Of a stretch of 64,000 nt of DNA, positions 1 through 9,329 are shown piece after piece. Position 1 is the stretch's first letter. Every line of letters starts with the position of its first letter. The position numbers and the translations under genes were made by a program. The stretch covers positions 28,324 through 92,323 of the forward strand of contig CAYSTL010000001.1 in assembly GCA_964433785.1 (NCBI GenBank), read 5' to 3'. Under the pieces are notes generated by a model. That model worked only from the letters and a program-made list of their open reading frames with translations, had not been told where the DNA came from and did not search any database. The stretch is from an uncultured Thermoplasmata archaeon. Lineage in GTDB: Archaea; Thermoplasmatota; Thermoplasmata; Halarchaeoplasmatales; Halarchaeoplasmataceae.

Positions 1-134
1 GAAAGTTTCTTTAAAAAATAAATAATGAACTTGTACACTAATATATGAATCAATTGAATATTTAAGATAATAGATTAATTACATAAATAATAAATACCTA
101 CAGCCCTTATTATATTGTTTGAGGAGGTTGAGAA

Positions 135-1802
135 ATGCAATTACCCTTAACAAATCAAATGATGAATTTAGCACTACAGATGGATGTAATCAGAGACCAG
201 GTAGACAACATCGTTGACAAATTTTGGGAAATAGTTCCAGGGATACTATTTTTCATAATTTTCATAATAATAGGTTACGTTGTAGGAAAGATAGCCTCAG
301 TGATCTTCAGAAAATTCTTGGAAAAAGTAAAGTTCGAAAAGGCTATGGAAAAAGTCAAGATCAGTAAACACTTTAAGAGCATAGGTTTCAAGAGTACAGC
401 ACACTTCTTGAGCATCTTTGTGTTCTGGTTCATATTCCTGATATTCCTGCAGATCGGTCTAGGTGCGATAGAGATACAGATAATCACAGATATACTATCC
501 CCGATAATACTCTTCATACCAAGAGCGTTGATCGCAGCATTACTGATAGTTATAGGCCTTTACATTGGAACATTGGTTGCCGATATCGTAGAAAAAGCAC
601 TGAACAAATCAGGTCTAAAGAGATCTACCAGAAGAATCGATGAACAGCTCAAAGGTACGAAGTACACACTATTCGGAATCCTAGGGATAATCATCAAGGT
701 ATGGATCCTTCTGTTGTTCGTACAGGCTGCTCTAGACGTTCTAGCGATTCAAGCATTGACTCAGTTTGTCACTCCAATAATACTCTATTTCCCAAGAGTA
801 GTGGTGGCATTCTTCGTGGTGCTTATAGGCCTGGTGATAGCTGATTATGTAACAGAAAAGATCAAAAATTGGCTCGAAGGAACACCTATGGGAAAAAGGA
901 TATCCAAGGCTGACGAGAAAACAACGACTGAAGGTTTCAGTATAATGAGTCTTGTACTCATATTCATAAAAGTATGGATACTTCTATTGTTCGTTCAAGT
1001 CGCACTTGACATACTAGCAATACCGATACTTACCAGAGTGATCGAACCTATACTGCTGTACTTCCCGAGAATACTAGTAGCGATGGCAGTGATAATCATC
1101 GGTTTACTAGTCACAGATATAATCATCAAGTTTGTCCACAAGCTATTAGATGAGTTCGAATCAGAGAAGTTCATAGAGCCTGTAGAAGACATAATCAAGA
1201 AACCAGGATTAGTGATGAAGTTCGTAGATGCCCTAATCAAAGTTACAGTGATGCTGATATTCATCGATATCGCAGTAGCAATACTTGGAATCGCAGTGAT
1301 AGCCAATCTCGTATCTGAAGTCGTCTTATGGATACCGAATCTTTTCGCTGCAGCCTTGATCGTGATAATCGGTCTTTGGGTTGCTGGATGGGTGTCCGAT
1401 AAAGCACTAAAGATGTCTAAGGATAACGAATTACCTTTCCCAAGAATCGTATCAAATGCCGTTAGATTCCTGATAATATACATAGTTATAACCATGGCAC
1501 TGGCACAGTTAGGTATCGAAGTACCTATCCTTTACCTTGTCTTTGGAATCGCCTTCGGTGCAGTCATGATCGGTTTAGGCGCTGGTTTTGCCTTCGGTCT
1601 CAGAGACGTGATGACCAATATAGGTGGATATCTGCAGGTGAATGAAATCGTAGAACCAGGTAAAGAGATCGAAGTGGGAGAGTACTCTGGAGAGGTGAAA
1701 AAGATAACAAGATACAATACTATAATCGAAGACGAGTTTGGAAATGAAAAAGCTATACCGAACAACTATCTGGTTGAGAACACAGTGACGATTAAAAGCT
1801 AA
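135..1802 (+). CDS. MscS-like mechanosensitive channel family membrane protein with four tandem conserved-TM-helix modules
   Basis: 555-aa ORF with a GGAGG RBS upstream of the ATG. Four hydrophobic modules, two nearly identical (IKVWILLLFVQAALDVLAI / IKVWILLLFVQVALDILAI). C-terminal EIEVGEYSGEVKKITRYNTIIEDEFGNEKAIPNNYL fits the MscS beta (Sm-like) domain pattern. Confidence 0.6.
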   Translation: MQLPLTNQMMNLALQMDVIRDQVDNIVDKFWEIVPGILFFIIFIIIGYVVGKIASVIFRKFLEKVKFEKAMEKVKISKHFKSIGFKSTAHFLSIFVFWFIFLIFLQIGLGAIEIQIITDILSPIILFIPRALIAALLIVIGLYIGTLVADIVEKALNKSGLKRSTRRIDEQLKGTKYTLFGILGIIIKVWILLLFVQAALDVLAIQALTQFVTPIILYFPRVVVAFFVVLIGLVIADYVTEKIKNWLEGTPMGKRISKADEKTTTEGFSIMSLVLIFIKVWILLLFVQVALDILAIPILTRVIEPILLYFPRILVAMAVIIIGLLVTDIIIKFVHKLLDEFESEKFIEPVEDIIKKPGLVMKFVDALIKVTVMLIFIDIAVAILGIAVIANLVSEVVLWIPNLFAAALIVIIGLWVAGWVSDKALKMSKDNELPFPRIVSNAVRFLIIYIVITMALAQLGIEVPILYLVFGIAFGAVMIGLGAGFAFGLRDVMTNIGGYLQVNEIVEPGKEIEVGEYSGEVKKITRYNTIIEDEFGNEKAIPNNYLVENTVTIKS

Positions 1803-1822
1803 AAAACCTTTCTTTCTTTTTT

Positions 1823-2353
1823 TTATATATTTTGATCTGCTGCTTTCCCAATATCTTCTACTATTTTAGATTCTATCGATACTCCAGATCTTTTTTTGAA
1901 CACTTCTGGATTCGGGTCTGCTACCGCTCCATAAAGATCGTAGACTTTCACCATCCTCTGGATCTTTTTTATCGCTTTAGATCTGAGCCATATACCTTCT
2001 TCCCTTTCGAGATCATCATCTTTGAATCTGGATGAAAAATCTATCAATCCTAAGAAACGTAGATCAGGAGTACTCTTAACGACCTCTTCGATCTTACCTA
2101 TCATATCCTTCAGTTGATAGGCAGTAAAACCCCTAGCTATGATTATATTCTCCAGCACAGTGTCTATATCATAACCGTACTCTTTGCAGATTCTGACTAT
2201 CCAGTATGGATTTATCCTGGCAGTCCCGTCGATTATCAGCGCTTTAGCATCTAATTCACCTATCACCTTTACAGCGAGAGCACTGATGGGTTGGTGGTTA
2301 GAAGTCTCAAAAGTTCGTATCTCACCAGCTGTCAAAGGTATATCTGCATCCAT
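1823..2353 (-). CDS. RecA-superfamily (RadB/Rad51-paralogue-like) protein lacking a Walker A P-loop
   Basis: 176-aa ORF. The segment AKALIIDGTARINPYWIVRICKEYGYDIDTVLENIIIARGF...LRFLGLIDFSS parallels RadB/KaiC core strands, but the GxxxxGK[ST] position reads ETSNHQPIS. Assignment is by eye only. Confidence 0.35.
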   Translation of the reverse strand: MDADIPLTAGEIRTFETSNHQPISALAVKVIGELDAKALIIDGTARINPYWIVRICKEYGYDIDTVLENIIIARGFTAYQLKDMIGKIEEVVKSTPDLRFLGLIDFSSRFKDDDLEREEGIWLRSKAIKKIQRMVKVYDLYGAVADPNPEVFKKRSGVSIESKIVEDIGKAADQNI

Positions 2354-2427
2354 GTAACATGATACTTTGTTCTCTAGATATAAGAAAGGGATCGGAGGGG
2401 GTTAGTGAAATTAGAAAAAGACTTTGG

Positions 2428-2435
2428 TTTTATAT
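2428..2435 (+). promoter_or_regulatory. candidate TATA box for the ubiquitin-like gene
   Basis: TTTATATA lies about 25 nt upstream of the ATG at 2460, implying a leaderless or near-leaderless mRNA. Confidence 0.3.
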
Positions 2436-2459
2436 ACCTCCTCTCTAACTTCGATATCG

Positions 2460-2651
2460 ATGAAAGTAAAAGTCGAAGGCAAAGGTGAAGTCGATCTACC
2501 GGATAAGAGTGACGTTAACACTTTGATCAGAGAATTAGGTCATCACATAGATTCAGTAATAGTCCTCAATGATGGTGAACCTGTACCAGACGATGCTGAG
2601 ATCAAAGAAAACGAGGAATACAGAGTCATTTCTGTTGTTTCTGGTGGATAG
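2460..2651 (+). CDS. ubiquitin-like small archaeal modifier (SAMP/MoaD/ThiS beta-grasp family)
   Basis: 63 aa from the internal ATG; the track ORF starts at an upstream TTG inside the putative promoter. Small acidic beta-grasp-like sequence ending ...RVISVVSGG-stop, the diglycine terminus typical of SAMP/MoaD/ThiS. Confidence 0.7.
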   Translation: MKVKVEGKGEVDLPDKSDVNTLIRELGHHIDSVIVLNDGEPVPDDAEIKENEEYRVISVVSGG

Positions 2652-3459
2652 GTTCTCTTTTGTAAAGTGTGATCACCGACATTATATTTTCATGGAATTG
2701 AGGCATCATCTCAAAGACCAACAATAACAACACAATCAGTAATATCACAGATCCTGTTTTAGCTATCTCATTGTGTGCTAGGTCGAAAGAAGCTATCCCC
2801 TCATTTGTGAGATATATAACCATAGCGTTCCTGAATATATTTGCGATGTATATGGTCGGAAGGACCAGTAACATGCTTTTTATCTTGACCATCTTTTCGG
2901 CAGTAGTGACATAGAGTAAAGCACCTGCAGCGGCCAATGTCTGCAAGGCAGTACAGGCTAAGATTATATGTATACCGCTCCCCTTGATAGGCACATAGAT
3001 CGTCTCGTGGTTTGTTCTGTAGAAAAGAGGATTTCCAGCATACTCCACTGCACCTGCATCGAAAGTGTAGCCCATCAGATCGGTCATCCATGTGGTCTGT
3101 TCTGCTACTATCTTGATCAAGAAACCGGATACTGCAGGTATCCTTTGAATCCCAAAATACACAAGAGATGCTATCGAAATACCACCTGCTAAAAATTTCA
3201 TTACCTCTGGATCTTCATCCCATTTCTTAGAAAGATACTCATGATATGCAAAGTAAACAAATAACGGTAATGCTAACAGAGCCATACCAGCGTTTACGTA
3301 ATCGTCTATATGCAGATAATATGGAACTTCACCAACCCAAAATATACCTATAAGAGAAAATCCGACCATCCTAAATTCATGAAAATGATATCTGAACAAG
3401 TAACCTATAAGTAAAGTCACGATACCTATCCATAGAAATATGTCGAAAATTCCATCCAA
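2626..3459 (-). CDS. artA: archaeosortase A (PGF-CTERM protein-sorting transpeptidase)
   Basis: 277-aa polytopic membrane protein with the exosortase/archaeosortase catalytic signature in order: ILACTALQ (Cys), NIFRN (Arg), AHNEIAK (His). A PGF-CTERM substrate is encoded at 14998..16671. Confidence 0.75.
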   Translation of the reverse strand: MDGIFDIFLWIGIVTLLIGYLFRYHFHEFRMVGFSLIGIFWVGEVPYYLHIDDYVNAGMALLALPLFVYFAYHEYLSKKWDEDPEVMKFLAGGISIASLVYFGIQRIPAVSGFLIKIVAEQTTWMTDLMGYTFDAGAVEYAGNPLFYRTNHETIYVPIKGSGIHIILACTALQTLAAAGALLYVTTAEKMVKIKSMLLVLPTIYIANIFRNAMVIYLTNEGIASFDLAHNEIAKTGSVILLIVLLLLVFEMMPQFHENIMSVITLYKREPIHQKQQK

Positions 3460-3578
3460 TTTATCTCCTCTTTTGTTTCGCGGGTTTACATTACAAACAT
3501 CAGATAGTTAAATATATTGGTCAATTTCTAGGGATTATTTAAAGGTAAAATATTTACCGCCAGGGATCATGGAAAAGG

Positions 3579-3587
3579 TATAAATAT
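3579..3587 (+). promoter_or_regulatory. candidate TATA box of the 5S rRNA transcription unit
   Basis: TATAAATAT lies about 25 nt upstream of 3612, the first base of the long terminal helix. Confidence 0.4.
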
Positions 3588-3611
3588 CAGATGCCTTTAA
3601 AGAACCATAAC

Positions 3612-3845
3612 GAGCAACATGACGGCCATAGTGGTGGGGACACACCCGGTCCCATTCCGAACCCGGAAGTTAAGCCCACCCACGTCCTCTGTGGTACTAT
3701 GGTGCGCGAGCCCATGGGAAGCTTAGGTCCGATAGTGGACCCCTGGAACGGTGGCTTAGGTTAGGAGCCTTGTTCCCTTCGGGGAAGAAGGTAAACCTAA
3801 CTGTTTGAAGGCTATTTCCGCTCCCTGGCCCGCTGTCAGTTGCTC
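3612..3845 (+). rRNA. rrf: 5S rRNA, apparently enlarged by about 100 nt of extra structured sequence before the helix-I 3' strand
   Basis: Canonical archaeal 5S motifs at 3620-3725 (CCATAGTGGTGGGG, CCCGGTCCCATTCCGAACCCGGAAGTTAAGCCCACC, GGTACTATGGTGCGCGAGCCCATGGGAA). The 5' GAGCAAC-A-TGAC-GGCC (3612-3627) pairs only with GGCC-CGCT-GTCA-GTTGCTC (3827-3845). GC-rich island in AT-rich flanks. The mature ends are uncertain. Confidence 0.8.
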
Positions 3846-3846
3846 A

Positions 3847-3879
3847 CTTTTACTCTCCTTTACTTTTTAATTATTTTTC
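3847..3879 (+). terminator. oligo-T archaeal terminator region after the 5S unit
   Basis: T-rich tract with T5 runs at 3864-3868 and 3874-3878, immediately after the closing helix. Confidence 0.35.
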
Positions 3880-4023
3880 TAATCGATCATTAAATTTGCT
3901 TCTAACAGAATATTATCTAGATTCTCATCTCTTCTAAAAATTTTTACTAAACTTCCAAATAATGAGTAAGAAAATCAGAAAACAATATTAGAAAAGGATT
4001 TTTTTAATGGGTTTTTAATAGGT

Positions 4024-5256
4024 TTAATTGATCTCGCCGTATCCGATAAGGTGCCATTTACCTTTGATCCTACGGCTTATAGCTATCCTTTGACCTTCTT
4101 CAGCACAAACTGATCTTTTCAGTTTGACTTCTGCCTCATCGGCTCTAGCAGATGACACAACACCTACTGTAGTAGCTGAACCAACGGTAAGCATCAAAGG
4201 TTCTCTTGTCTTTATGTTCTCGACATTTTTGTCTTTCTCCATGCCAACGACCCTGTCGAGCAGGTTGACCTTCATCGTGAAGCTCTCTTTTATCGGTGGT
4301 AGATCACCTGGATATCCAGCTACCCTACCTGCTAAAGAATCAGATTTGGTTATACTTGGATCGAGTTCAGTTCCAACTCCTATCAGGCCACCTGGTCTAA
4401 CTTTATCTAATTCCAATTTACCTGAAGAAAGTGTCTTTACTGTCGTGGTTATCTCTTCCCATTTCTTGACACCACCTTCTTCGACCCTAGTACCGGGTCT
4501 TATCTCTATCTCATCACCTATCTCGAGGATTCCTTTTTCTAGGGAACCACCAATTACCCCACCTTTGATATCATCTATGGGTATTCCAGGCTTGTTTATA
4601 TCAAAAGACCTGGCTATCGAAAGTTTAGGTAAGTCATCTTCACTATGTTCAGGAGTCGGTATCTCCTCTTCGATAGCTTGGATCAAAATATCGATATTGA
4701 CATCGTGATGTGCTGAAACTGGGATTATAGGAGCATCTTCAGCTACAGTGCCTTTCGTAAATTCTTTGATCTGCTTATAGTTCTCTTTAGCTCTTTCTGT
4801 AGTCACCAGATCAACCTTGTTTTGAACTATGATTATGTTCTCAACGTTAGAGATGTCCAACCCCATCAGATGTTCCTGAGTTTGAGGTTGTGGGCACTTC
4901 TCGTTAGCTGCAATAACCAAAACTGCACCATCCATCATCGAAGCCCCTGAAAGCATGGTAGCCATCAGAGTTTCGTGGCCTGGTGAGTCTACAAAAGACA
5001 CAGATCTTAAGAATTCTGTTTCTGCACCACAATTTGGACAGGTCGTTTTAGTCGTATAAGCTTCCGTTCCTTCACAATCTGGACATTTATAGAATGCTGT
5101 ATCAGCATATCCTAAACGTATACTGATACCTCTTTTTGTTTCTTCTGAATGACGGTCTGTCCATTCACCACTCAAAGCTTCTGTAAGAGTGGTCTTTCCG
5201 TGATCGACATGACCTACCATCCCGATATTTACTTCTGGCTGTTCTGGTACTTTCAT
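4024..5256 (-). CDS. eif2g: translation initiation factor aIF2 gamma subunit
   Basis: 410 aa. GTPase motifs [18 protein letters not shown]. Zinc-ribbon insert CPDC...CPNC typical of a/eIF2-gamma. Confidence 0.95.
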   Translation of the reverse strand: MKVPEQPEVNIGMVGHVDHGKTTLTEALSGEWTDRHSEETKRGISIRLGYADTAFYKCPDCEGTEAYTTKTTCPNCGAETEFLRSVSFVDSPGHETLMATMLSGASMMDGAVLVIAANEKCPQPQTQEHLMGLDISNVENIIIVQNKVDLVTTERAKENYKQIKEFTKGTVAEDAPIIPVSAHHDVNIDILIQAIEEEIPTPEHSEDDLPKLSIARSFDINKPGIPIDDIKGGVIGGSLEKGILEIGDEIEIRPGTRVEEGGVKKWEEITTTVKTLSSGKLELDKVRPGGLIGVGTELDPSITKSDSLAGRVAGYPGDLPPIKESFTMKVNLLDRVVGMEKDKNVENIKTREPLMLTVGSATTVGVVSSARADEAEVKLKRSVCAEEGQRIAISRRIKGKWHLIGYGEIN

Positions 5257-5654
5257 TCGTTATCTCCTTCTTCTAAAAGTTCAGGTACATCTTGAGGTCC
5301 GTGCTCTATGATCTTCATATTTACCTGATTTATATTGGTAGAGATTGTATTACCTCTAACGGTTTTTTTACGTTTAACCCCACTTTCTTTTATGTTAAAT
5401 CCTGTTCCACCCTTACCTAGAACCTTCTTCCTAGCTGGTCCTGGTATGTTCTTCTTCATGGGGAAACCGTCTATGTCGCTTCCACCTGTTACCTGAAGTT
5501 TGAATCCGGGTAATCCAACGAAAATACCGTCTACTTCATCACCTATACGTTTACCTATCAAAGAATTCGCATGGTGACCGTCAACTGTAGTCTGATATGA
5601 CTTTCCTTCTTTTGAATCTGCTATAACAACCTCATATTCTACCATAGGATACAA
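5253..5654 (-). CDS. rps6e: 30S ribosomal protein S6e
   Basis: 133 aa. [20 protein letters not shown] matches the S6e signature. 4-bp overlap with the downstream eif2g gene. Confidence 0.9.
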   Translation of the reverse strand: MYPMVEYEVVIADSKEGKSYQTTVDGHHANSLIGKRIGDEVDGIFVGLPGFKLQVTGGSDIDGFPMKKNIPGPARKKVLGKGGTGFNIKESGVKRKKTVRGNTISTNINQVNMKIIEHGPQDVPELLEEGDNE

Positions 5655-5827
5655 TACCCCTTTTTATTTTTGATTTCACTATATCCTTCTAGTATAAAAC
5701 TTTGGTGGGTATGGATATATTTATACCTTTTTTTTACGATCAATACGATATTTAATCATGAATTTTAGAATCAGTCAACAAATTATAAATAATACTCTAG
5801 ACTAAATCATTTTATCGAGGTGCCTGG

Positions 5828-5998
5828 ATGGAAGAAACCCTATGCTCAATCGAGATAGTTAAAAACCACAACTCATTTAAAGCCAAAGTTCAAAGTGGCT
5901 CTGGTAGATACGTAGAATATGAAAACGAAGATTTCGAAAATTTACTACAGCAAGTTTATGAAGATATAGAAGAAGAGATAGGCGCTGCAGTATATTAA
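5828..5998 (+). CDS. small acidic hypothetical protein (56 aa, below the ORF-track cutoff)
   Basis: ATG preceded by a GAGGTG RBS. Reads MEETLCSIEIVKNHNSFKAKVQSGSGRYVEYENEDFENLLQQVYEDIEEEIGAAVY-stop. No recognisable family. Confidence 0.35.
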   Translation: MEETLCSIEIVKNHNSFKAKVQSGSGRYVEYENEDFENLLQQVYEDIEEEIGAAVY

Positions 5999-6073
5999 AG
6001 ATTGATTTGAAAAGCTTATATGTAACCTCTTTATTTCGAAATTATAAGTAGATATAAAAGCAGGAGGAACAAA

Positions 6074-6427
6074 ATGACTGAAGTAGAAAATCCGGAAGAG
6101 TATGAAGACGTGATATCTAGTTACTATGAAGGACGTGGTGTAAGTTCGATTATTTCATTCAAAGTAGATACAAAGAAATCCGATGACATAGCAAACAAAC
6201 TCTCTGAATATCAAAATATTGAGGATATATCACTTGTGACTGGAGATGTTGATCTGGTCGTTAAAGCAAGGTTCAAAAATTACGATCATATGAAGACTTT
6301 CTTGACCGATGAAGCTTCACATCTTGATGGTGTACAAGACTTGACCAGTATGATGATAGTCACCACCTACAAAGAAAATGGTAAACTCATCGAAGCTTCA
6401 TTTGAGGATGATGAAGAAGAGGATTAG
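6074..6427 (+). CDS. stand-alone Lrp/AsnC ligand-binding (RAM) domain protein
   Basis: 117 aa with an AGGAGG RBS. ISLVTGDVDLVVKARFKNYDHMKTFLTD...GVQDLTSMMIV fits the AsnC-type C-terminal domain. No HTH is present. Confidence 0.6.
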   Translation: MTEVENPEEYEDVISSYYEGRGVSSIISFKVDTKKSDDIANKLSEYQNIEDISLVTGDVDLVVKARFKNYDHMKTFLTDEASHLDGVQDLTSMMIVTTYKENGKLIEASFEDDEEED

Positions 6428-7401
6428 TGAATTTCATCGATAATCCATCCTTCCCAATCTTTTTCTTTTAACGCTATTTCAAATTCATCAGGTGTTATCA
6501 TAACAGCATCATAATTGTTGGCATCATCTAACGCTATCCTTGGACAGGCTGTACAAACAGCGCAGTCCCAATCAAATGAATCTACAAGGTCTGGAGTGAT
6601 CTCATCGAACTCATATATAGTACATTTTTCTGATAACTTCTTTTTTAAATATTTGGCTAACTCATATCTCCTTTGTCCAGCTTTGCTAGATACGATTATA
6701 CCTATCTTGTCAGCATCTTCGGCTAAAGTTATCAGACCAAATCTTCTTCTTAACAATCTATCCTTCTCATCTCCTATCTTTTCGAGTTCTCCAGATAGTG
6801 GGTTCAACCTTATCACTTCTTTATCTAGCGATAGGGACAGCCCAAGAGGATGAAAATCACCAGTACCTACATACAAATGACTGTCAGCATCTTTTACTTT
6901 GACTGAATAGTTACATCCTAATACCTGACCAGGATATTTGATCCGGTTATCTCCTTCTCCTATCACAACTTCGTACCCTTTTTCTTCCAACTCTTTTTTG
7001 ATCGTTTCTAGATGATCAAGATATTGAACGGAAGAGTAGAGAGCCACTTTTCCTTCCAGCATCTCATACAATTCATCAGGCACTCCACTGAACCTAGTGC
7101 TTCTTCCTTCGATATAGATGACTGGATAATCAACATCCATGTTGGGTATCTCGGAATGACCAACGTGTATCAGTACATCAGCATCACCTATCTCTAACGG
7201 CAGGTCACATGAACCATAACAGGAACCACCCCATATCGAAACTTCTATATCAAAGGATTCTGCGATCTTATCTGCTTTCCTTCTCAATCCATCAGGAACT
7301 TGTAACAGTGCCTTTTCTGCACCGATCTCTTTTATCTGCTCTTTAGCGGATGCTATATCGAATCTAAATTCTCCTATCTCTAATCGTTCATCTTCTTTCA
7401 T
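6424..7401 (-). CDS. dph2: 2-(3-amino-3-carboxypropyl)histidine synthase (diphthamide biosynthesis Dph2)
   Basis: 325 aa. Archaeal Dph2-like length and layout, with conserved Cys residues spread over three domains (GGSCYGSCD, GCNYS, CTACPR). Confidence 0.8.
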   Translation of the reverse strand: MKEDERLEIGEFRFDIASAKEQIKEIGAEKALLQVPDGLRRKADKIAESFDIEVSIWGGSCYGSCDLPLEIGDADVLIHVGHSEIPNMDVDYPVIYIEGRSTRFSGVPDELYEMLEGKVALYSSVQYLDHLETIKKELEEKGYEVVIGEGDNRIKYPGQVLGCNYSVKVKDADSHLYVGTGDFHPLGLSLSLDKEVIRLNPLSGELEKIGDEKDRLLRRRFGLITLAEDADKIGIIVSSKAGQRRYELAKYLKKKLSEKCTIYEFDEITPDLVDSFDWDCAVCTACPRIALDDANNYDAVMITPDEFEIALKEKDWEGWIIDEIH

Positions 7402-8561
7402 ACGATATCTCCCAATATATCAGCCATATCATCGATAGACTCTTTTTTAACATGAGGCATTATCACGAATCTTAGCCCCGATGGATTTATCGTCAATGAG
7501 ATGTTCCAACCCATGCCATTCACCTCATCTACAACTCTTTTAGGTTCATCATGATGGAATGAAGCTATATTCATAATCGGATCTATAATAGGTTTCAAAC
7601 CTATCTCTTTCATTTTATTTATCGTGTAATGAGTGTTCTCCATACACTCAGATATTATCTCTTTATAACCTTCTTTTCCCAGGAGGTTCATAGCAGTCCA
7701 GAAGGCAGGAACAGAAGCACTGGATCTTGTACCTCTTATAGTTTTCTGTTCTCCACCAGTGAGATAAGGTGATTTTATAGAGATATTATCTTTATCTCTT
7801 GAATAGAATAGACCTAGTGGTACCGTAGAAAGACCCATCTTGTGAGGGTCGAGTACTAGAGAATCTACTCCATCTATCTTAAAATCAAATTCAGGTAAGT
7901 CATCTCCCAATTCTTTCAAGAATGGTATCACAAATCCACCGAAAGCTGCATCTACATGCAGGTATGTATCTCCAGCGATCTCAGCCATCTCCTCTATCGG
8001 ATCTATTACACCCAGCTCAGTAGTTCCAGCTACACCAACCACTGCAGCAGTTTCTTCATCCAATTCTTTTTCCAAAACATCGGTATCAAGAGTGTAGTTT
8101 TCAGTCAATGGTATGTAGACAGGTTCCATATCTAAAAGTGAACAGGCTTTTACGAAGGAAAAATGAGCGCTTTCTGGAAGTAATACTTTTCTTTTTCCAC
8201 TCTTTTCTCTAGCCCTCCATAGAGCCAATATATTTCCTTCAGTCGCTCCGCCAACAGATAGGGCTTCATAGTCATCAGCATGTATAAATGAAGATACTGC
8301 GGAATGTATTTCTTTTTCCAGCATCTCCGTTCCCCTGCATAAACCTGGATTACCAAGATTGGCTTCTAAGAACATACTGTGGATTCTTTTACTCATCTCC
8401 AAAGGTTCAGTACACATAGAACCCAATATCTTACCAGAGCTAAAACTCAAGTCCTCTTCTTTAGCTTGGTTTATCCTTTCGAGGATCTCTTCCCTTCTCT
8501 TCCCTTTTACTGGAAAAGGATCTTTCAAATCTTTTACCTCCTGTTCAAGTACGTCTGTCAA
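7398..8561 (-). CDS. mfnA: PLP-dependent tyrosine/aspartate decarboxylase MfnA
   Basis: 387 aa. Group II decarboxylase with the DPHKMG PLP-lysine motif and HVDAAFGGF. 4-bp overlap with dph2. Confidence 0.85.
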   Translation of the reverse strand: MTDVLEQEVKDLKDPFPVKGKRREEILERINQAKEEDLSFSSGKILGSMCTEPLEMSKRIHSMFLEANLGNPGLCRGTEMLEKEIHSAVSSFIHADDYEALSVGGATEGNILALWRAREKSGKRKVLLPESAHFSFVKACSLLDMEPVYIPLTENYTLDTDVLEKELDEETAAVVGVAGTTELGVIDPIEEMAEIAGDTYLHVDAAFGGFVIPFLKELGDDLPEFDFKIDGVDSLVLDPHKMGLSTVPLGLFYSRDKDNISIKSPYLTGGEQKTIRGTRSSASVPAFWTAMNLLGKEGYKEIISECMENTHYTINKMKEIGLKPIIDPIMNIASFHHDEPKRVVDEVNGMGWNISLTINPSGLRFVIMPHVKKESIDDMADILGDIV

Positions 8562-9288
8562 GTGCGATTATCTTTCCCCTTACAAATCTTATGGCTGTGA
8601 TCGCAAATACAAAAGCTACTATCAAAGCTAATAAAGGCAATCTTCCTTCGAACATCTGATTGATAGATGCTAGAAAATTGAAGCTTCCATGCATGAAAAC
8701 TGCTAGAAGATAGTAAGGGATGAACGAGTTCTTTCCCTTGAACATCCCTTTAGAGATGCCGTAACCAGCCATGGCACTTGCACTTCCATGTAATAAGGCA
8801 CTGGAAATACTTCTAACGATCACTATTGTGATGAAAGCTGTTCCAAAGCCTTCAGTTATAAATGTATTAGTTTCATACAGTAAATTTTCAGTAGCAGCGA
8901 AACCTAAACCACAGGCTGCACCGAATACGAGTCCATCTTCGATCTCATATATCTTGCTTTTTACAGAAAAAACACCTAACACTTTAGCGAATTCTTCCAC
9001 AATAGGAGCTATAACACAGACCAAGATCAAACTCTGTATGGTTCTATCTGCTAGAAATTGATATTCTCTTTGTAATTCAGTTGAAAATATGAAACCCGAA
9101 AATGCTAAAGATAGTACAACAGCGATGACCACTGCAAAGATAGCACCCCATGAAAATGTTTTGAATAGATTGGACCATCTTTGCCTACCTATCTTTTCAG
9201 CGTTCCTTACCCACCACAGATATATGAGTGAAGGAATAAAAGCCGCCCCTACAAGTATCAAAGCAGTAAATATGGTCTCTTGATTCAT
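8545..9288 (-). CDS. PrsW-family intramembrane metalloprotease
   Basis: 247 aa, polytopic. EEFAKVLG (EExxK) and HGSFN motifs characteristic of PrsW. Confidence 0.7.
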   Translation of the reverse strand: MNQETIFTALILVGAAFIPSLIYLWWVRNAEKIGRQRWSNLFKTFSWGAIFAVVIAVVLSLAFSGFIFSTELQREYQFLADRTIQSLILVCVIAPIVEEFAKVLGVFSVKSKIYEIEDGLVFGAACGLGFAATENLLYETNTFITEGFGTAFITIVIVRSISSALLHGSASAMAGYGISKGMFKGKNSFIPYYLLAVFMHGSFNFLASINQMFEGRLPLLALIVAFVFAITAIRFVRGKIIALDRRT

Positions 9289-9329
9289 CGGGTATCTTAA
9301 AGTGGAGAAATATTATAACTTTTTTGTAA

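Noticed and set aside
4124-4708. 194-aa Ser/Pro/Leu-rich ORF on the plus strand
   Set aside because: It is entirely antisense to the well-supported aIF2-gamma gene. Its low-complexity composition is typical of shadow ORFs opposite E/K/D-rich coding sequence.
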